64,000 bases of DNA from Caldilineales bacterium (lineage in GTDB: Bacteria; Chloroflexota; Anaerolineae; J102), in assembly GCA_019695115.1 (NCBI GenBank), contig JAIBAP010000007.1:48793-112792 (forward strand). The letters run 5' to 3'. The translations under genes and the position numbers were made by a program. Positions within the stretch are counted from its first letter, which is position 1. Each line of letters opens with the position of its first letter. Below the pieces are notes generated by a model, which saw only the letters and a list, made by a program, of their open reading frames with translations, had not been told where the DNA came from and did no database searches. Shown here one piece after another: positions 53,859 through 64,000 of the stretch.

Positions 53859-54433
53859 TCGCCCGCTTGCGCGGTCGCGCCGAGCATATCGGCGACGACC
53901 ACCTCATCGTCGATGTCGGGCCGTTGGGCCTCACCGTCTTCATGCCGGCCAGCCAGTTGCTGGGCCTGCACGCCGGCCAATCGGTGGCGCTCTTCACCCA
54001 CCTGCACATCCGCGAGCAGGACATCTCACTCTTTGGCTTCAACAGCGCCGAAGACCTGCAACACTTTCAGATGCTCCTCGGCGTCGATGGCATTGGCCCG
54101 CGGCTGGCCCTCAACATCCTCTCGACCATGACCGCCGACAGCCTGCGCCTGGCCGTGGCCAACGACGAACCGGGCCTGCTGACCCGTGTGCCGGGCATCG
54201 GCGTCAAGACCGCCCGCAAGATCCTCTTCCAACTCAAAGACAAACTGGCCCCCACCGACCTCGACGCCGCCGGCCTGCGGCTGCTGGGCGACGCCGACGC
54301 CGAAGTCATCGACGCCCTCACCACCCTCGGTTACAGCGTCGTCGAGGCGCAACGAGCCTTGCAATCCATCCCCAAAGACACGACCGGCGTCGAAGACCGC
54401 CTGCGCGCCGCCCTTTCCTATCTTGCGCCCTGA
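53855..54433 (+). CDS. ruvA: Holliday junction DNA helicase RuvA
   Basis: MIARLRG...LIVDVGPLGLTVF, HhH motifs LLGVDGIGPRLALNIL/VPGIGVKTARKI and a C-terminal domain III. The start overlaps the RR stop (ATGA). Confidence 0.9.
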   Translation: MIARLRGRAEHIGDDHLIVDVGPLGLTVFMPASQLLGLHAGQSVALFTHLHIREQDISLFGFNSAEDLQHFQMLLGVDGIGPRLALNILSTMTADSLRLAVANDEPGLLTRVPGIGVKTARKILFQLKDKLAPTDLDAAGLRLLGDADAEVIDALTTLGYSVVEAQRALQSIPKDTTGVEDRLRAALSYLAP

Positions 54434-54442
54434 TTGCTTGCC

Positions 54443-54535
54443 AGCTAAGTGTTCACCGTAGAGGTGCGACGCACTTCTTTCAGCTCCGTGCAGGTCCTGA
54501 AGTCGCTCGAAATGCGTCGCACCTGGAACTGATAC
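54443..54535. repeat. MITE/REP-like palindromic element, long form, copy 4
   Basis: agctaagtgttcaccgtagaggtgcgacgcac...gcaggtcctgaagtcgctcgaaatgcgtcgcacctggaactgatac, between ruvA and tRNA-Thr. Confidence 0.8.
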
Positions 54536-54578
54536 CTTGCCAGCACCTGCCACCCCTGCTATAATGTCATCCCACCGC

Positions 54579-54651
54579 GCCACCCTAGCTCAGCCGGTAG
54601 AGCAGCGCACTCGTAATGCGCAGGTCATCGGTTCGAATCCGATGGGTGGCT
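54579..54651 (+). tRNA. tRNA-Thr (anticodon CGT)
   Basis: Cloverleaf: acceptor GCCACCC/GGGTGGC, D-arm GCTC-AGCCGGTA-GAGC, anticodon arm GCGCA-CTCGTAA-TGCGC (anticodon CGT), T-arm ATCGG-TTCGAATC-CGAT, discriminator T. No encoded CCA. TATAAT at 54560-54565 upstream. Confidence 0.85.
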
Positions 54652-54663
54652 CCTCATTCCAAC

Positions 54664-54691
54664 CCCGGTCGTTTGCGACTGGGGTTTTTTC
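54664..54691 (+). terminator. Rho-independent terminator after tRNA-Thr
   Basis: CCCCGGTCG-tttg-CGACTGGGG followed by TTTTTT. Confidence 0.6.
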
Positions 54692-54709
54692 TTGACCACC
54701 GGCCCACCC

Positions 54710-56019
54710 ATGCCGACCGGCGCCCCCCCCTCCCCCACCCCCGTGGCCTGGCTCCGACCCCTGCTGCGACTCATCGGCCATCCCCTGTGGCTGCTGCTGC
54801 TGCTGACCGCCGTTGCCCTGGCCGGCGCCGCCCACCTGTGGCTGCCCCAGGCCCCCACCTCACTTGGGGCCGATGCCAGCGCCCTCGCCGCCTGGCTGGA
54901 CGCGACCGCCGCCTCTCTCCCGGCCGGTTCACTCTTGTCGCTGCTCGGCGTCCTCGACCTGGCCCACAACCCCGGCCTGCGCCTCCTGCTGGCCCTGCTG
55001 GCCGCCACCCTCGTCCTGCGCCTGTTCGACGCCCTCCACCTGGCCTGGGCCACGCGGCGCCTGGCCCCGCCCGATCACTGGCTTCCCCGCCTCGCCCTGG
55101 TCGAGCGCCAGCAACCCGGCGCAGCCAGCGGCCGGGGGCCGGCCCTGGCGCAGCTATTCGAGCGTTGGCAAACCGCCTCGCACCCTGCCGACGATGCCGC
55201 CGCAGCCTATGACGAAGCCTTCGGCGACCGCAACCAGCGCTTCACCTGGGCGGCGCCCCTGATCGAACTGGGTCTGCTGCTGGCCCTGTTGGTTTTGGCG
55301 CTCGACCTGCGCAGCGGCTGGCAGATCGACACCCTCAGCCTCGACCCCGGCCAGAGCGCCAGCCTGGCCCCCTTTGGCCCTGACCTCGTCCGCCTGGACG
55401 AGACCGGCGCCACCCTGGAACTCTGCTGCCGGCGACCGACCTCGGCCCCCCTCGCCCCATCCCTCCACCTGGTTACGCCCGGCCTGCGGCTGAACGTCCG
55501 GCAGGTTGGCCCGGCCGTCTCGCTCTCGGCCCAGGCCGAAGGGGAGGTCGTGCCGCTTCAGGCTGTCGAAGGGGGCGGCGCGCCCGCTTCGGCGCTCGTC
55601 CTCCGCTTCCCTGCCGAACGCGCCGAACGCGCCGTCGCCCTCCCCGACCGCAACCTCTTCCTGCGGCTGGTGGCGCTGCCCGGCGATCAGTTCAGCCTGC
55701 AGGCGCTCGACGGCGCCAACAATGTGCTCTTGACCGAGTCCCTCGCCGCCGCCGCCAACCTGACGGTGGGCGATGTCAGCCTGCAAGTCCGGCCCGGCCA
55801 CTACGCCGTGGTCAGCGTCGTCGCCCGGCCCTGGCAAGGGTTGTTCGTCCCGGCCCTGCTCCTGGCCCTGGTGGGATGGCTGCTGCGTTGGCGCTTCCCC
55901 TATGTGCGCGGGGGCCTGCGGCTGAACGAGGGCGGGGCGATGGTGCGCTGGCAGGGACAGGCCGGCGGCCGGCCCAGGGTCGATGACCTCGCCGGCGCCC
56001 TGGCTAGGGCCGAAGCGGA

Positions 56020-56032
<13 letters not shown>
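54710..56032 (+). CDS. Hypothetical membrane protein with large extracytoplasmic domain (ResB/Ccs1-like topology)
   Basis: ATG at 54710 ([10 protein letters not shown]...). TM segments lie near the N-terminus ([16 protein letters not shown]; [15 protein letters not shown]; [15 protein letters not shown]) and the C-terminus ([15 protein letters not shown]). I recognise no catalytic motif, and the family call is weak. Confidence 0.4.
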
Positions 56033-57354
<1,322 letters not shown>

Positions 57355-57374
57355 CGCTGCGGATACGGAAGACG

Positions 57375-59387
57375 TCAACGGCGCTGGTCCATCAGCCAAC
57401 GGCTGGAGTGGCGGCGCGAGGCAAGGGCCTGTTCGAGGTGTTTCAAGTCGCGAGTCTGTCGGGTCAATTGCCGATGAAGTTCGAGGTCGGCGCCGTCGCT
57501 GGCATGGAGCAGGATCTCCAGGTCGCGGCACCGTTCCCGGAGTCGCTGTCTTCGTAGTTGGAGGATGCTATCCAGCAAGTCCTTGCGGCGCTGCTCGTCG
57601 CGCACCGTCTCCAGACCGGCAATGGCCTGCTGCAAGGTGGCGGACGCCAGCTGGAGGCCGGGGGCTAGATGGTTCAGGCGTTCGACCAGGGGCAGGGTTG
57701 GCCCGGCAGCGGCGTCACTGTACAGGAATTCCTGCTGAGCGTCAAACATGGCGCGGTTGGGGGTTTCCTGAAAGTCCTCGGCGTTGATAGGGTCGAAACG
57801 CAGTTGGGCCAGTTCGTGGTCGGCCCAGGCCAACAGAGTGGGCTGGGCGAAGAGATGGGCCAGGATGTGCAGCTCCAGCCGGTTCAGAGGCTCTGAGGAG
57901 GCGGCGGTGGCAGGTCTTACGGGCGCGGGCGGCCTGGGGGCGGGGGCAAGGTTGTCGTCCGGCCACAGCGGCGGTTCTTCATCGGCGCCGCTGCTGGCGG
58001 GCGGGTGAGGTTCGGGCGCAGGGGGCTGCTGGCGCGGGCCGGCTTTGGCCCGCCCTTGCTGGCGCACGTAGTTCTCCAATTCGAGGTCGATCTCGCGTTC
58101 GTTGACGCCGACCAGACGCGCCAGCCGGCCGATATAGTGGCGGCGCTCGACCGGGTCGTCGATCTCGCTGATGCTGGGCGCCAGCTGGCGGACGAGCTGG
58201 ACTTTGCCCTGCGCCGTTTTCAGGTCGGCGGCGGCGGCGCTCTGCTCGAAGAGGAAGTCGAGCAAGGGGGTGGCGGCGGCGATGAGGTGTTGCCAGGCGG
58301 CGGGGTCGTGGCGGATGACGTCGTCGGGGTCCTGGCCGGGCGGCATGGCGGCGATCTTGATCACGGCGCCGAGGCGGGTTTCGTAGCGCAGGCCGCGGGC
58401 GGTGGGGACGGGGGCGGCGCTGGCCAGGGCCTCGCGCGCCACTTGCAGGCTGCGCAGGGTGGCGCTGGCCCCGGCGGCGTCGGCGTCGAGGGCAAAGACG
58501 AAGGTGCGCGTGTAGCGACTCAGGCGCTGCAGGTGTGGCGGGGTGATGGCGGTGCCCATGGCGGCGACGACGTTGTTGAAGCCGGCCTGGTGGGCGCTGA
58601 TCACGTCCATGTAGCCTTCGACGATGACGGCCTGATCCTGGGCGAGGAGGGCGCGGCGGGCCAGGTCGAGGGCGAAGATGACGCTGCCCTTGTCGAACAG
58701 CGGCGTCTGCGGCGAATTGAGGTATTTCGGCTCGCCCTGGTCGAGGATGCGGCCGCCAAAGCCGATCACGCGGCCCTGGGCATCGCGGATGGGGATCATC
58801 ACCCGGCCCCGGAAACGGTCGTAGTGGCCGCCACCATCGCGGCGCACCACCAAGCCGGCGGTTTCGAGTTCGGCGGCGGCGAAGTCGCGGCCGGCCAGGT
58901 AGTTCAGAAGCGCATCCCATCCCTGGGGGGCGTAGCCAAGCTGGAAGCTGGCGACCGTCTCGGCCAGGATGCCCCGGCGTTGGAGGTAGGCCTGCGCCGG
59001 TTCGCCGCCGGGGGTGTGCAGCAACTGGTGCTGGAAAAAGCCCGCGGCCAGGGTGTGGATCTCGCGCAGGCGGTTGAGTTTGCTGGCGGCTTCGGGGTCG
59101 CGGTCGCGGTCGAGATCGACGTGGGCGCGTTTGGCCAGCAGCTCCAGGGCGGTGCGGAAGTCAACGTTTTCTTTCTTCTCGACGAAACGGATGACATCGC
59201 CGCCGGTGCTGCAGGCGCCAAAACAACGCCACGTGCCTCTATCGGGGAAGACGTAGAACGAGGGCGTCTTTTCGGCATGAAATGGGCAAAGGGCCTTGTA
59301 GTTGCGGCCGGCTTTTTGCAGCGGGATGTAGCCGCCGATGACATCGACGATGTCGAGGCGGTCTTTGATTTCGTCGATGGCGGACAT
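57375..59387 (-). CDS. dnaG: DNA primase DnaG
   Basis: Zinc-binding [13 protein letters not shown]...WRCFGC, a TOPRIM domain ([16 protein letters not shown]) and a C-terminal helicase-interaction domain. It lies upstream of rpoD, in the classical dnaG-rpoD order. Confidence 0.95.
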   Translation of the reverse strand: MSAIDEIKDRLDIVDVIGGYIPLQKAGRNYKALCPFHAEKTPSFYVFPDRGTWRCFGACSTGGDVIRFVEKKENVDFRTALELLAKRAHVDLDRDRDPEAASKLNRLREIHTLAAGFFQHQLLHTPGGEPAQAYLQRRGILAETVASFQLGYAPQGWDALLNYLAGRDFAAAELETAGLVVRRDGGGHYDRFRGRVMIPIRDAQGRVIGFGGRILDQGEPKYLNSPQTPLFDKGSVIFALDLARRALLAQDQAVIVEGYMDVISAHQAGFNNVVAAMGTAITPPHLQRLSRYTRTFVFALDADAAGASATLRSLQVAREALASAAPVPTARGLRYETRLGAVIKIAAMPPGQDPDDVIRHDPAAWQHLIAAATPLLDFLFEQSAAAADLKTAQGKVQLVRQLAPSISEIDDPVERRHYIGRLARLVGVNEREIDLELENYVRQQGRAKAGPRQQPPAPEPHPPASSGADEEPPLWPDDNLAPAPRPPAPVRPATAASSEPLNRLELHILAHLFAQPTLLAWADHELAQLRFDPINAEDFQETPNRAMFDAQQEFLYSDAAAGPTLPLVERLNHLAPGLQLASATLQQAIAGLETVRDEQRRKDLLDSILQLRRQRLRERCRDLEILLHASDGADLELHRQLTRQTRDLKHLEQALASRRHSSRWLMDQRR

Positions 59388-59458
59388 CGAGGTTCCAGTT
59401 TAGCGTGGGGGGTGAAGTCCCTGAGATTGTTCCCAACTCTGATCGGGTGACGCGGAAA

Positions 59459-61057
59459 TCACGAAGAAACCGTGATCTGCGGGGTAGGCCATGACATCAG
59501 CAACCCTAATGCCTGCAAATTGCCTTGAATCGTGCGATGCTGTTCTTGCATCAGTCTCAGTAATTCATCTGCATCTCTGTCATCGTGTTGGGCTTTGAAG
59601 TGAGGGTTGACAGCCTTCAGATCGTAGTTGTTTTTTTCGATTTGCCCGCGAGTGATGGACCAGCTTCTGTCGCTATCTGCAAGACCTGGCATCAAATTGA
59701 AAAAACCAGCGAAATGTTCAGCAGTTAAAGGTTCTGTCTTACTGATCTTTATATCGGATAGGTCGTAGTACCAAATTTTCTCTGTCAGCTCTCCTTTGAT
59801 GAAAAACAGGATATCTGTCTTGATCGATGCTCCCGCGTTGACAAAAGTTCCTGACGGTAAACTGATAACACACCACAGGTTACACGTATCCAGGAGTTTT
59901 CGCTTTGTTTGTACAAAAGCTGTATCATTGGTTCGAAACAGAATGCCCTCATCGACGACGATTGCGCAGCGTCCTCCCGGAGCAAGGCTATCGATGACAT
60001 GCTGAAGGAAAAGCAACTGGGTAGAACTCGACTTGTAGGCGAATTGCGTTTGCGCCACCTTGCTTTCTTTGCCGCCAAAGGGGGGATTGGTCACGATCAC
60101 ATCGAAGCGCCTCGGTGCGTGTTCGAACAGCCCGCCGTAGATCTCGTTCCCGGTCAGTGTGTTGCCATGCCAAATATGCGGTTCATCGATGCCATGAAGG
60201 ACGAGGTTAGCGAGTGCGATGGGGTAGATCAGGTTTTCCTTCTCACGTCCGTAGAGATGACACGGTTGGATCGCTGAGTCGGGGGGCAGTTCGCCAACGG
60301 AATCTGCTTGTTTCTGCCTCACATGTTCATAGCATTGCACCAGAAAACCACCGGTGCCACAGCAAGGATCATAAATAGACTCGTCCGGTTGCGGATCGAT
60401 GGCCCTGACCATCGCCCGCACAACTTCGCGAGGGGTGAAGAATTGCCCACCGTCGTTGGACTTGTGCCCCATTTTTAATAACAAGCCTTCGTAGACTTGT
60501 GAGAGTGGGAAGATATGCGTTGGATCGATGCTGTCAGCGCGTATCTCCTGAACGCGATTCAGAACCTCGATCAGATTGTATTCGGTATCGATACGCGTCC
60601 GTTCGATATTTGCAGCGATTTCGCCGACGATCTTCTGGCGTGATGTCGCTTGGGGGTGCTGGCCGAGTCCCCTCAGGTATGGAAAAAGTTCATCATTGAC
60701 AAACGCCAGCAGAGAACCTTCACCCTTCGTTTCCAGCTCGCGGCGCTTCCATCCCTGCGGCTTATGGTTGTCTGGGTCGTGAAACAGTGATGGTTCATAG
60801 GGCGCGGCCCAGTCGTGCCAGCGATAGGGCGACTCGATGGAGTAATCAAAGACCCGTCCTGTTGCTTCGACTCTTTCTGCCTCGTTCGTTTCCTGCTCGT
60901 CAAGAATGCGCAAGAACAGGATCCAGGTAAGCTCAGGTATGTACTGCAAGGCGCCGGCGCAGTTCGAGCGTCGCAAAATATCGGTAATTCCTTTGATCGC
61001 TTTGTTCAAAGACTGCTGGGTGGGAAAGACCTTCCCGGATCTTTTAGTTGTCATCAT
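59459..61057 (-). CDS. HsdM-like N6-adenine DNA methyltransferase (gamma class)
   Basis: HsdM_N-like N-terminus, motif I DPCCGTGGFLV and motif IV NPPFGG. The gene lies in a ~47% GC island. Confidence 0.85.
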   Translation of the reverse strand: MMTTKRSGKVFPTQQSLNKAIKGITDILRRSNCAGALQYIPELTWILFLRILDEQETNEAERVEATGRVFDYSIESPYRWHDWAAPYEPSLFHDPDNHKPQGWKRRELETKGEGSLLAFVNDELFPYLRGLGQHPQATSRQKIVGEIAANIERTRIDTEYNLIEVLNRVQEIRADSIDPTHIFPLSQVYEGLLLKMGHKSNDGGQFFTPREVVRAMVRAIDPQPDESIYDPCCGTGGFLVQCYEHVRQKQADSVGELPPDSAIQPCHLYGREKENLIYPIALANLVLHGIDEPHIWHGNTLTGNEIYGGLFEHAPRRFDVIVTNPPFGGKESKVAQTQFAYKSSSTQLLFLQHVIDSLAPGGRCAIVVDEGILFRTNDTAFVQTKRKLLDTCNLWCVISLPSGTFVNAGASIKTDILFFIKGELTEKIWYYDLSDIKISKTEPLTAEHFAGFFNLMPGLADSDRSWSITRGQIEKNNYDLKAVNPHFKAQHDDRDADELLRLMQEQHRTIQGNLQALGLLMSWPTPQITVSS

Positions 61058-61062
61058 GTTGT

Positions 61063-61875
61063 CTATTTGTTCGAAGTTCGCTCTCTGGTGCGATTCGATA
61101 CAGCATCGACGAACTGGAGATACGCCTGAATATAAGCAGATAGTTCAAACAGATCCGTTTTTCGCGACTTATGAACGATCCGCAAGATTTTGCCAGCGTT
61201 ATGGGGATCAGGTGTGAGTTCGCCTGGGTGTTTCTTGCTCGGCACGAAAATGCCGGTTTCGTCTACTCTGCCGCCCCGTAGCGCCACGCTTGTATCACGT
61301 TCTTGGGCCAGCTCTACCGCGGGAATGACAACATACGAGAATATCTCCGGGTATTCGTATGGCGTGCCGTCGGCAAGTGCGTCGTTGCGCCACGCCCATC
61401 CTACCATGACCACCAGGTCTTCTTCGGCGTTGATCAGACTGCTCAGGACCTCGAAGCGCGCCGACTGTTCATCAGAGTCAGCATCGACGGCCTTCATCTC
61501 GATTTGAACTCGTTTTCCCAGTACGGCATCCCGAATGAAGAAATCCGGGTACTCATGGGCTACGGCAAAGGTCAGCCGCAAGTCGAAACCAAACGCCTCC
61601 AGAATCGAGTCATCCATGTATTTGCTGAGCGCATACTCCAGCATGGCGCCAATACGGGTGCGATAAGAGGATAACTGGCGTCTGCCCGTCGGCAATGGCT
61701 CGGTAGCCCGGTCGCGTTTGGCCAGTTGTCGCGGAGCAAAAAGGGAGTTGACCTGGTTGACTGCCTGTGGCATGAGCGCGTTGATGAAGATTGTGATCTC
61801 CTCGATCATGGCTTTCCCATTCGCGATCTTGTTGCCAATACTGAGTATTTCAGGATGAAGATTCATCATCTGCAA
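61063..61875 (-). CDS. Putative PD-(D/E)xK nuclease (candidate restriction endonuclease of the island R-M module)
   Basis: YPDFFIRD...VQIEMKAV fits a PD...ExK catalytic core. It sits between the hsdS-like and hsdM-like genes and overlaps hsdS by ~25 nt. I recognise no other homology. Confidence 0.4.
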   Translation of the reverse strand: MQMMNLHPEILSIGNKIANGKAMIEEITIFINALMPQAVNQVNSLFAPRQLAKRDRATEPLPTGRRQLSSYRTRIGAMLEYALSKYMDDSILEAFGFDLRLTFAVAHEYPDFFIRDAVLGKRVQIEMKAVDADSDEQSARFEVLSSLINAEEDLVVMVGWAWRNDALADGTPYEYPEIFSYVVIPAVELAQERDTSVALRGGRVDETGIFVPSKKHPGELTPDPHNAGKILRIVHKSRKTDLFELSAYIQAYLQFVDAVSNRTRERTSNK

Positions 61876-62485
61876 GTCGATTATCCTTTTCTGTGTCGGT
61901 GATTTTCAGTGGGAAAGGGAATTCTGAGAGAATTTTCTGTTCATAAGCATCAAGAAGATGCAATTGCCTCTGATAAGCAAGACTTGTCTCGATCACCAGA
62001 TTCATCCGGCGCGTCAATTCGTCGGCCAGGTGCTGTTGTTCTTGGATGGAGTCAGGAACAAGGACTTCTTGTGCAAGCACGTGTCGCATATTGGCGCGGG
62101 GCATCCGCGCCCCCGTCCGCTCTTGCATGGCCGCCTGGACGGTCTGTGGTCTTCGCAATATCCAGGCGAGGAAATCCTTTGAAACGCCTGGTCGCGGTAA
62201 GAGCGGCACAAGTTCGGTAGAGCAACGACCCGCGAAGTCAGGAACCGCGACCTTATTCAGATAGGGCCGCAGTTTGCAGTAGAGCACGTGGCGGGCGTCA
62301 AACAGAAATGCTGTCCCATGGCCGTGGTTGGAGGAGGTCAAGCCGTCGTACAGAATTCTGCCTGTAACGCTTTCGATATGCTCCAGACCCAGAAATGGTA
62401 GCTTAGCAGCCACCGGTGAATCCGGCGCTATGACCGTTCGGTTTTCGACGCACAAATCCCCGATGGCCTGCCATCGATATGCCAT
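61850..62485 (-). CDS. Type I R-M specificity subunit HsdS, single target-recognition domain (half-size)
   Basis: The TRD fold pattern (LGDLCVE...LPFLGLEHI...DARHVLYCKLRPYLNKVAV) and the conserved central region VPDSIQEQQHLADEL with a following coiled coil are typical of HsdS. Confidence 0.7.
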   Translation of the reverse strand: MAYRWQAIGDLCVENRTVIAPDSPVAAKLPFLGLEHIESVTGRILYDGLTSSNHGHGTAFLFDARHVLYCKLRPYLNKVAVPDFAGRCSTELVPLLPRPGVSKDFLAWILRRPQTVQAAMQERTGARMPRANMRHVLAQEVLVPDSIQEQQHLADELTRRMNLVIETSLAYQRQLHLLDAYEQKILSEFPFPLKITDTEKDNRLADDESSS

Positions 62486-62530
62486 TGCAGACTCCAGATG
62501 TCTGAAAATATCGCTCGAGGCAACGCTGGC

Positions 62531-62788
62531 CTAGGCCGCTTGCAGCGCGCCCTCAAAAGATCCCTGCAGAGCCTGGAGAATGACCTGTGGAAACTCAACC
62601 ACCAGGAAGTAATCGGCAGGGTAGAGATAATCTTCGCCGCTTTCATCGACGATGCGCAGATCGCCTTCCAGCCGCGCATCTTCATCGGGCACAATTCGAT
62701 ACAACTTGTGTAATTCCAGAGAAGCCGGATAATCCCAGTTGTTTACGCAAATCGCATACTTTTGTGTCGAATGCATTGCTTCTTTCAT
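62531..62788 (-). CDS. Hypothetical small protein (85 aa) at the 5' end of the low-GC island operon
   Basis: ATG at 62786-62788. Low-GC codon usage like the rest of the island. No recognised domain. Confidence 0.3.
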   Translation of the reverse strand: MKEAMHSTQKYAICVNNWDYPASLELHKLYRIVPDEDARLEGDLRIVDESGEDYLYPADYFLVVEFPQVILQALQGSFEGALQAA

Positions 62789-62918
62789 GACGGCAATCCA
62801 AATAGCACTTTCGCTTGAATTCTTTCGCGGTGCACTCGGTGATCTCGAAGCGCATGATGTCTCATTCTACCGCAAGCGGGGGGGATCAGCCAACGACTGC
62901 CGGCAGCCCGGCAGCCGC

Positions 62919-63656
62919 TCAGCGGCCGGCGACATCCTCGGCCAGCCAGGTAGTCATGCGGCCATCGGCCAGGGCCGGCAGCCACCGCTCGGCGGCCAGG
63001 TCGTAGCGGTGGAGGCCGCCCGGTTCGGGCAGCAGCAGGCGGCCAGCGATCAGGGCCAGGCTGAAGACGCCGGTCAATGGATGATCGAGGTCGCCGCCCA
63101 ACAGCCGCAGCACCCGGCCTGATTGAACATCGATTTCGGCGAGGCGATGATACCTGGGCGTGTAGAGGAAAAGGGCGTACAAACGGCGGCCGGCGGCGTC
63201 GAAAGCCAGGGCTTGGGGATGGCCCATCCCGCCCAGGTGGACATCGACAACGGCGACCGCAGAAAAATGACCCAGGTCAGAAATCGGGATGAGGCGCACC
63301 ACGTCGCCCCCGGCCAGGCCGACGGCCAGGAAATCGCCAGCGCGGGCGAGGGCGAAGGGGGCCGGGCCGACTGCTATCTGGCCGATGCGAGCGAGGCTGG
63401 CCGGGTCGAGGACGAGAAGGCGGTCGTTGGCGGCATCGGCCACGTAGACGGCCTGGCCCGTGACCGCCAGCCCGGCCAGCCGGCTTCTTTCGGGGGGCAG
63501 GGCGGCCCAGGCCGGCGCCGACTGCCCTGGGCCGAGCCGCCACACCTGGCCCAGGCTGGCATCGCTGCCAAAGAGGGCGCCATCCGGGCCAAAGGCCAGG
63601 CCGCCCGGCGCCGGGCCGATAGGCGCTGTGCTGATGGGCCGGCCGTCGGCGGCCAA
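62919..63656 (-). CDS. Beta-propeller repeat protein (YVTN/NHL-like), probably the C-terminal part of a larger secreted protein
   Basis: Repeated ...G.A(V/L)..DG..(L/Y)(V/A).. strands (LAFGPDGALFGSD; AVYVADAANDRLLVLD; RLYALF). An upstream out-of-frame ORF (63767..63994) encodes a poly-Pro/Thr linker that runs off the window. There may be a frameshift, or these may be two separate ORFs. Confidence 0.45.
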   Translation of the reverse strand: MAADGRPISTAPIGPAPGGLAFGPDGALFGSDASLGQVWRLGPGQSAPAWAALPPERSRLAGLAVTGQAVYVADAANDRLLVLDPASLARIGQIAVGPAPFALARAGDFLAVGLAGGDVVRLIPISDLGHFSAVAVVDVHLGGMGHPQALAFDAAGRRLYALFLYTPRYHRLAEIDVQSGRVLRLLGGDLDHPLTGVFSLALIAGRLLLPEPGGLHRYDLAAERWLPALADGRMTTWLAEDVAGR

Positions 63657-64000
63657 CAGCCGGAGACGACCAGGCTCGGCAATGGCAAAGCGGTGGCCAC
63701 TGTGGTCGACGGCCAGGATGGCGGGCCGCCAACCGGCAGTTCGGGCCGCAGCCGGGGCTGTCTGGTTCAGGAGCCGGGGCAGGCCGAGGCGATGGGGGGT
63801 GGGGGTAGGTGTGAAGGTGGGCGTGGGCGAGGGGGTGGGGGTTTCGGTGTGGGTGGGGGTAATGGTGGGCGTGGGGGTGAGGGTGGCGGTGGGCGAGGGT
63901 GTGGACGACGGGGTTTGGGTGGGGGTGGGGGAAGGGGTGAAGGTAGGGGCGACGAGATCGAGATGAAGACGGTAGATGGCGAAACAGGAGCCAACCGCCG

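Noticed and set aside
54692-54709. TTG start at 54692 for the membrane protein (track ORF start)
   Set aside because: It overlaps the tRNA terminator T-tract. An in-frame ATG at 54710 (MPTGAPP...) gives a more plausible start after the terminator.
63767-63994. 75-aa poly-Pro ORF at the right edge as an independent gene
   Set aside because: It is pure (P/T/K/R) low complexity and runs off the window. Most likely it is the linker of a larger secreted protein continuing beyond 64000, possibly the same protein as the propeller ORF 62919..63656 despite the frame difference. It cannot be resolved within this window.

Overview
This is a high-GC (~65-70%) bacterial chromosomal segment with many secreted, Pro/Thr-linker and repeat-domain proteins. 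That content is typical of a filamentous Chloroflexota-like or similar environmental high-GC bacterium, but I cannot verify the lineage from sequence alone.

Gene order along the window:
- An alpha/beta-hydrolase remnant at the extreme left.
- A heparinase II/III-like lyase plus lipoprotein operon.
- A CPBP-like intramembrane protease with an ABC-2 exporter.
- An MFS transporter.
- A small RHH-like protein paired with an HNH endonuclease.
- A giant secreted RCC1-repeat protein (at least 14 blades).
- A trio of small unknown ORFs.
- A large carbohydrate super-locus (13.8-35.5 kb) containing: an AraC-type response regulator, a LytS-type kinase and a YtfQ-like binding protein (a three-component sugar sensor); a second YtfQ-like SBP with a double-ATPase and two permeases (ytfQRT-yjfF-type transporter); a 1278-aa SARP/BTAD-NB-ARC-TPR protein fused to a C-terminal family-5 solute-binding domain; a GH3 with PA14 domain; a GH8 Rex-type exo-oligoxylanase; a CUT1 ABC oligosaccharide transporter; and a LacI regulator with a perfect operator palindrome.
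- A minus-strand envelope cluster (35.7-43.7 kb): DEAD-box helicase, zinc-ribbon/LysM protein, two paralogous GT-C-like polytopic membrane proteins and a CBM9-like secreted protein. Its intergenic regions carry four different heptanucleotide tandem-repeat arrays (TTCACGY x24, GGTGGCR x29, TGTTGAN x7 and degenerate ones).
- A secreted protein with a CBM6/35-like module, followed by an LVIVD-repeat propeller.
- Housekeeping genes: rsmB/F-like, pyrG with a leader terminator, yebC, ruvC, an OmpR-type response regulator, ruvA, tRNA-Thr(CGT), rpoD and dnaG.
- A ~3.4 kb low-GC (~47%) island right next to dnaG carrying an atypical restriction-modification module (half HsdS, a PD-ExK nuclease and an HsdM-like methyltransferase).

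Several repeat families are scattered through the window: a MITE/REP-like palindromic element (AGGTGCGACGCAC...GTGCGTCGCACCT, 4 copies), a ~70-bp element present twice, and a triple-hairpin REP array after yebC.

Many of the long ORFs in the supplied track are antisense shadows of real genes, as expected at this GC content, and I rejected them.
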